This document shows positions 19,597 to 20,000 of a DNA stretch of 20,000 bases, piece after piece (the stretch's first letter is position 1; every line of letters begins with the position of its first letter). The position numbers and the translations under genes were made by a program. The DNA is taken from the NCBI RefSeq assembly GCF_004010195.1, contig NC_057750.1:4445896-4465895 (forward strand). Direction: 5' to 3'. The notes below the pieces were generated by a model, which saw nothing but the letters and a program-made list of their open reading frames with translations, did not search any database and had not been told where the DNA came from. The DNA is from Chiloscyllium plagiosum. Taxonomy: Eukaryota.

Positions 19597-19898
19597 TATG
19601 AGTGTGAGAGTGAGTGTGTGAATGTGTGAGTGAGAGTGAATATGTGTGTGAGTGAAAGTGTGAGAGTGTGTGTGTGCGAGTGTGTGTGTGCGCGAGTGTG
19701 AGTGTGTGAATGTGTGAGTGTGTGTGTGAGAGAGTGTGACTGAGTGTGTCAGTGTGAAAGTGAGTGTGAGCAAGCTTGCGTGTGAGTGAGAGTGAGTGCA
19801 TGTGTGTGCGAGAGTGAATGTGTGAGTGTGTGAGTGTGTGCTTGTGACGGAGTGCGTCAGTGTGAAGGTGAGTGTGAGTGAGAGTGAGTGAGTGAGTG
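19597..19898. repeat. Degenerate (TG/GA) microsatellite in the final intron
   Basis: GTGAGTGTGT-type low-complexity tract; source of the spurious HT-rich ORFs. Confidence 0.95.
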
Positions 19899-20000
19899 AC
19901 ACAGCTGGTTGCTCCAAGCTGCGCTCCATTGGGGCGTCCTCCCACAGCATCGCCCTCCCCCCCCCCCTTTCATCCCCTCCCCCCCTCCCCCCCCCCCCGG

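Noticed and set aside
18684..19621. Overlapping alternative-frame and antisense ORFs over the NUMBL exon
   Set aside because: Expected shadows of a GC-rich coding exon; no recognisable protein
19447..19950. His/Thr-rich ORFs and an upstream extension of the NUMBL ORF from TTG at 19437
   Set aside because: Intronic microsatellite; the real exon boundary is the AG acceptor at 19431-19432

Overview
Repeat-dense vertebrate genomic DNA, most likely from a cartilaginous fish (shark). This is inferred from the repeat families: HE1-like tRNA/V-SINEs with (TCTAA)n tails, HER1/CR1 LINEs and shark-type Penelope-like repeats. The only host coding sequence I can support is the last coding exon of a Numb-family gene, most likely NUMBL, on the minus strand (19430..18700). 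It has a clear splice acceptor and the C-terminal NPF/DLQKTFEIQL end. Downstream on that strand lie a 74-copy 19-bp minisatellite, many LINE/SINE relics, AU-rich blocks that look like 3' UTR, and a canonical poly(A) signal at 6457-6462, hinting at a roughly 12 kb 3' UTR. The most interesting non-obvious signal is a set of hammerhead-ribozyme motifs in Penelope-like terminal-repeat fragments. One has a complete core and stems (12958-12997, +), one has an intact core with a weak stem I (3591-3625, -), and about five are decayed. Almost all other listed ORFs are retroelement fragments or repeat artefacts.
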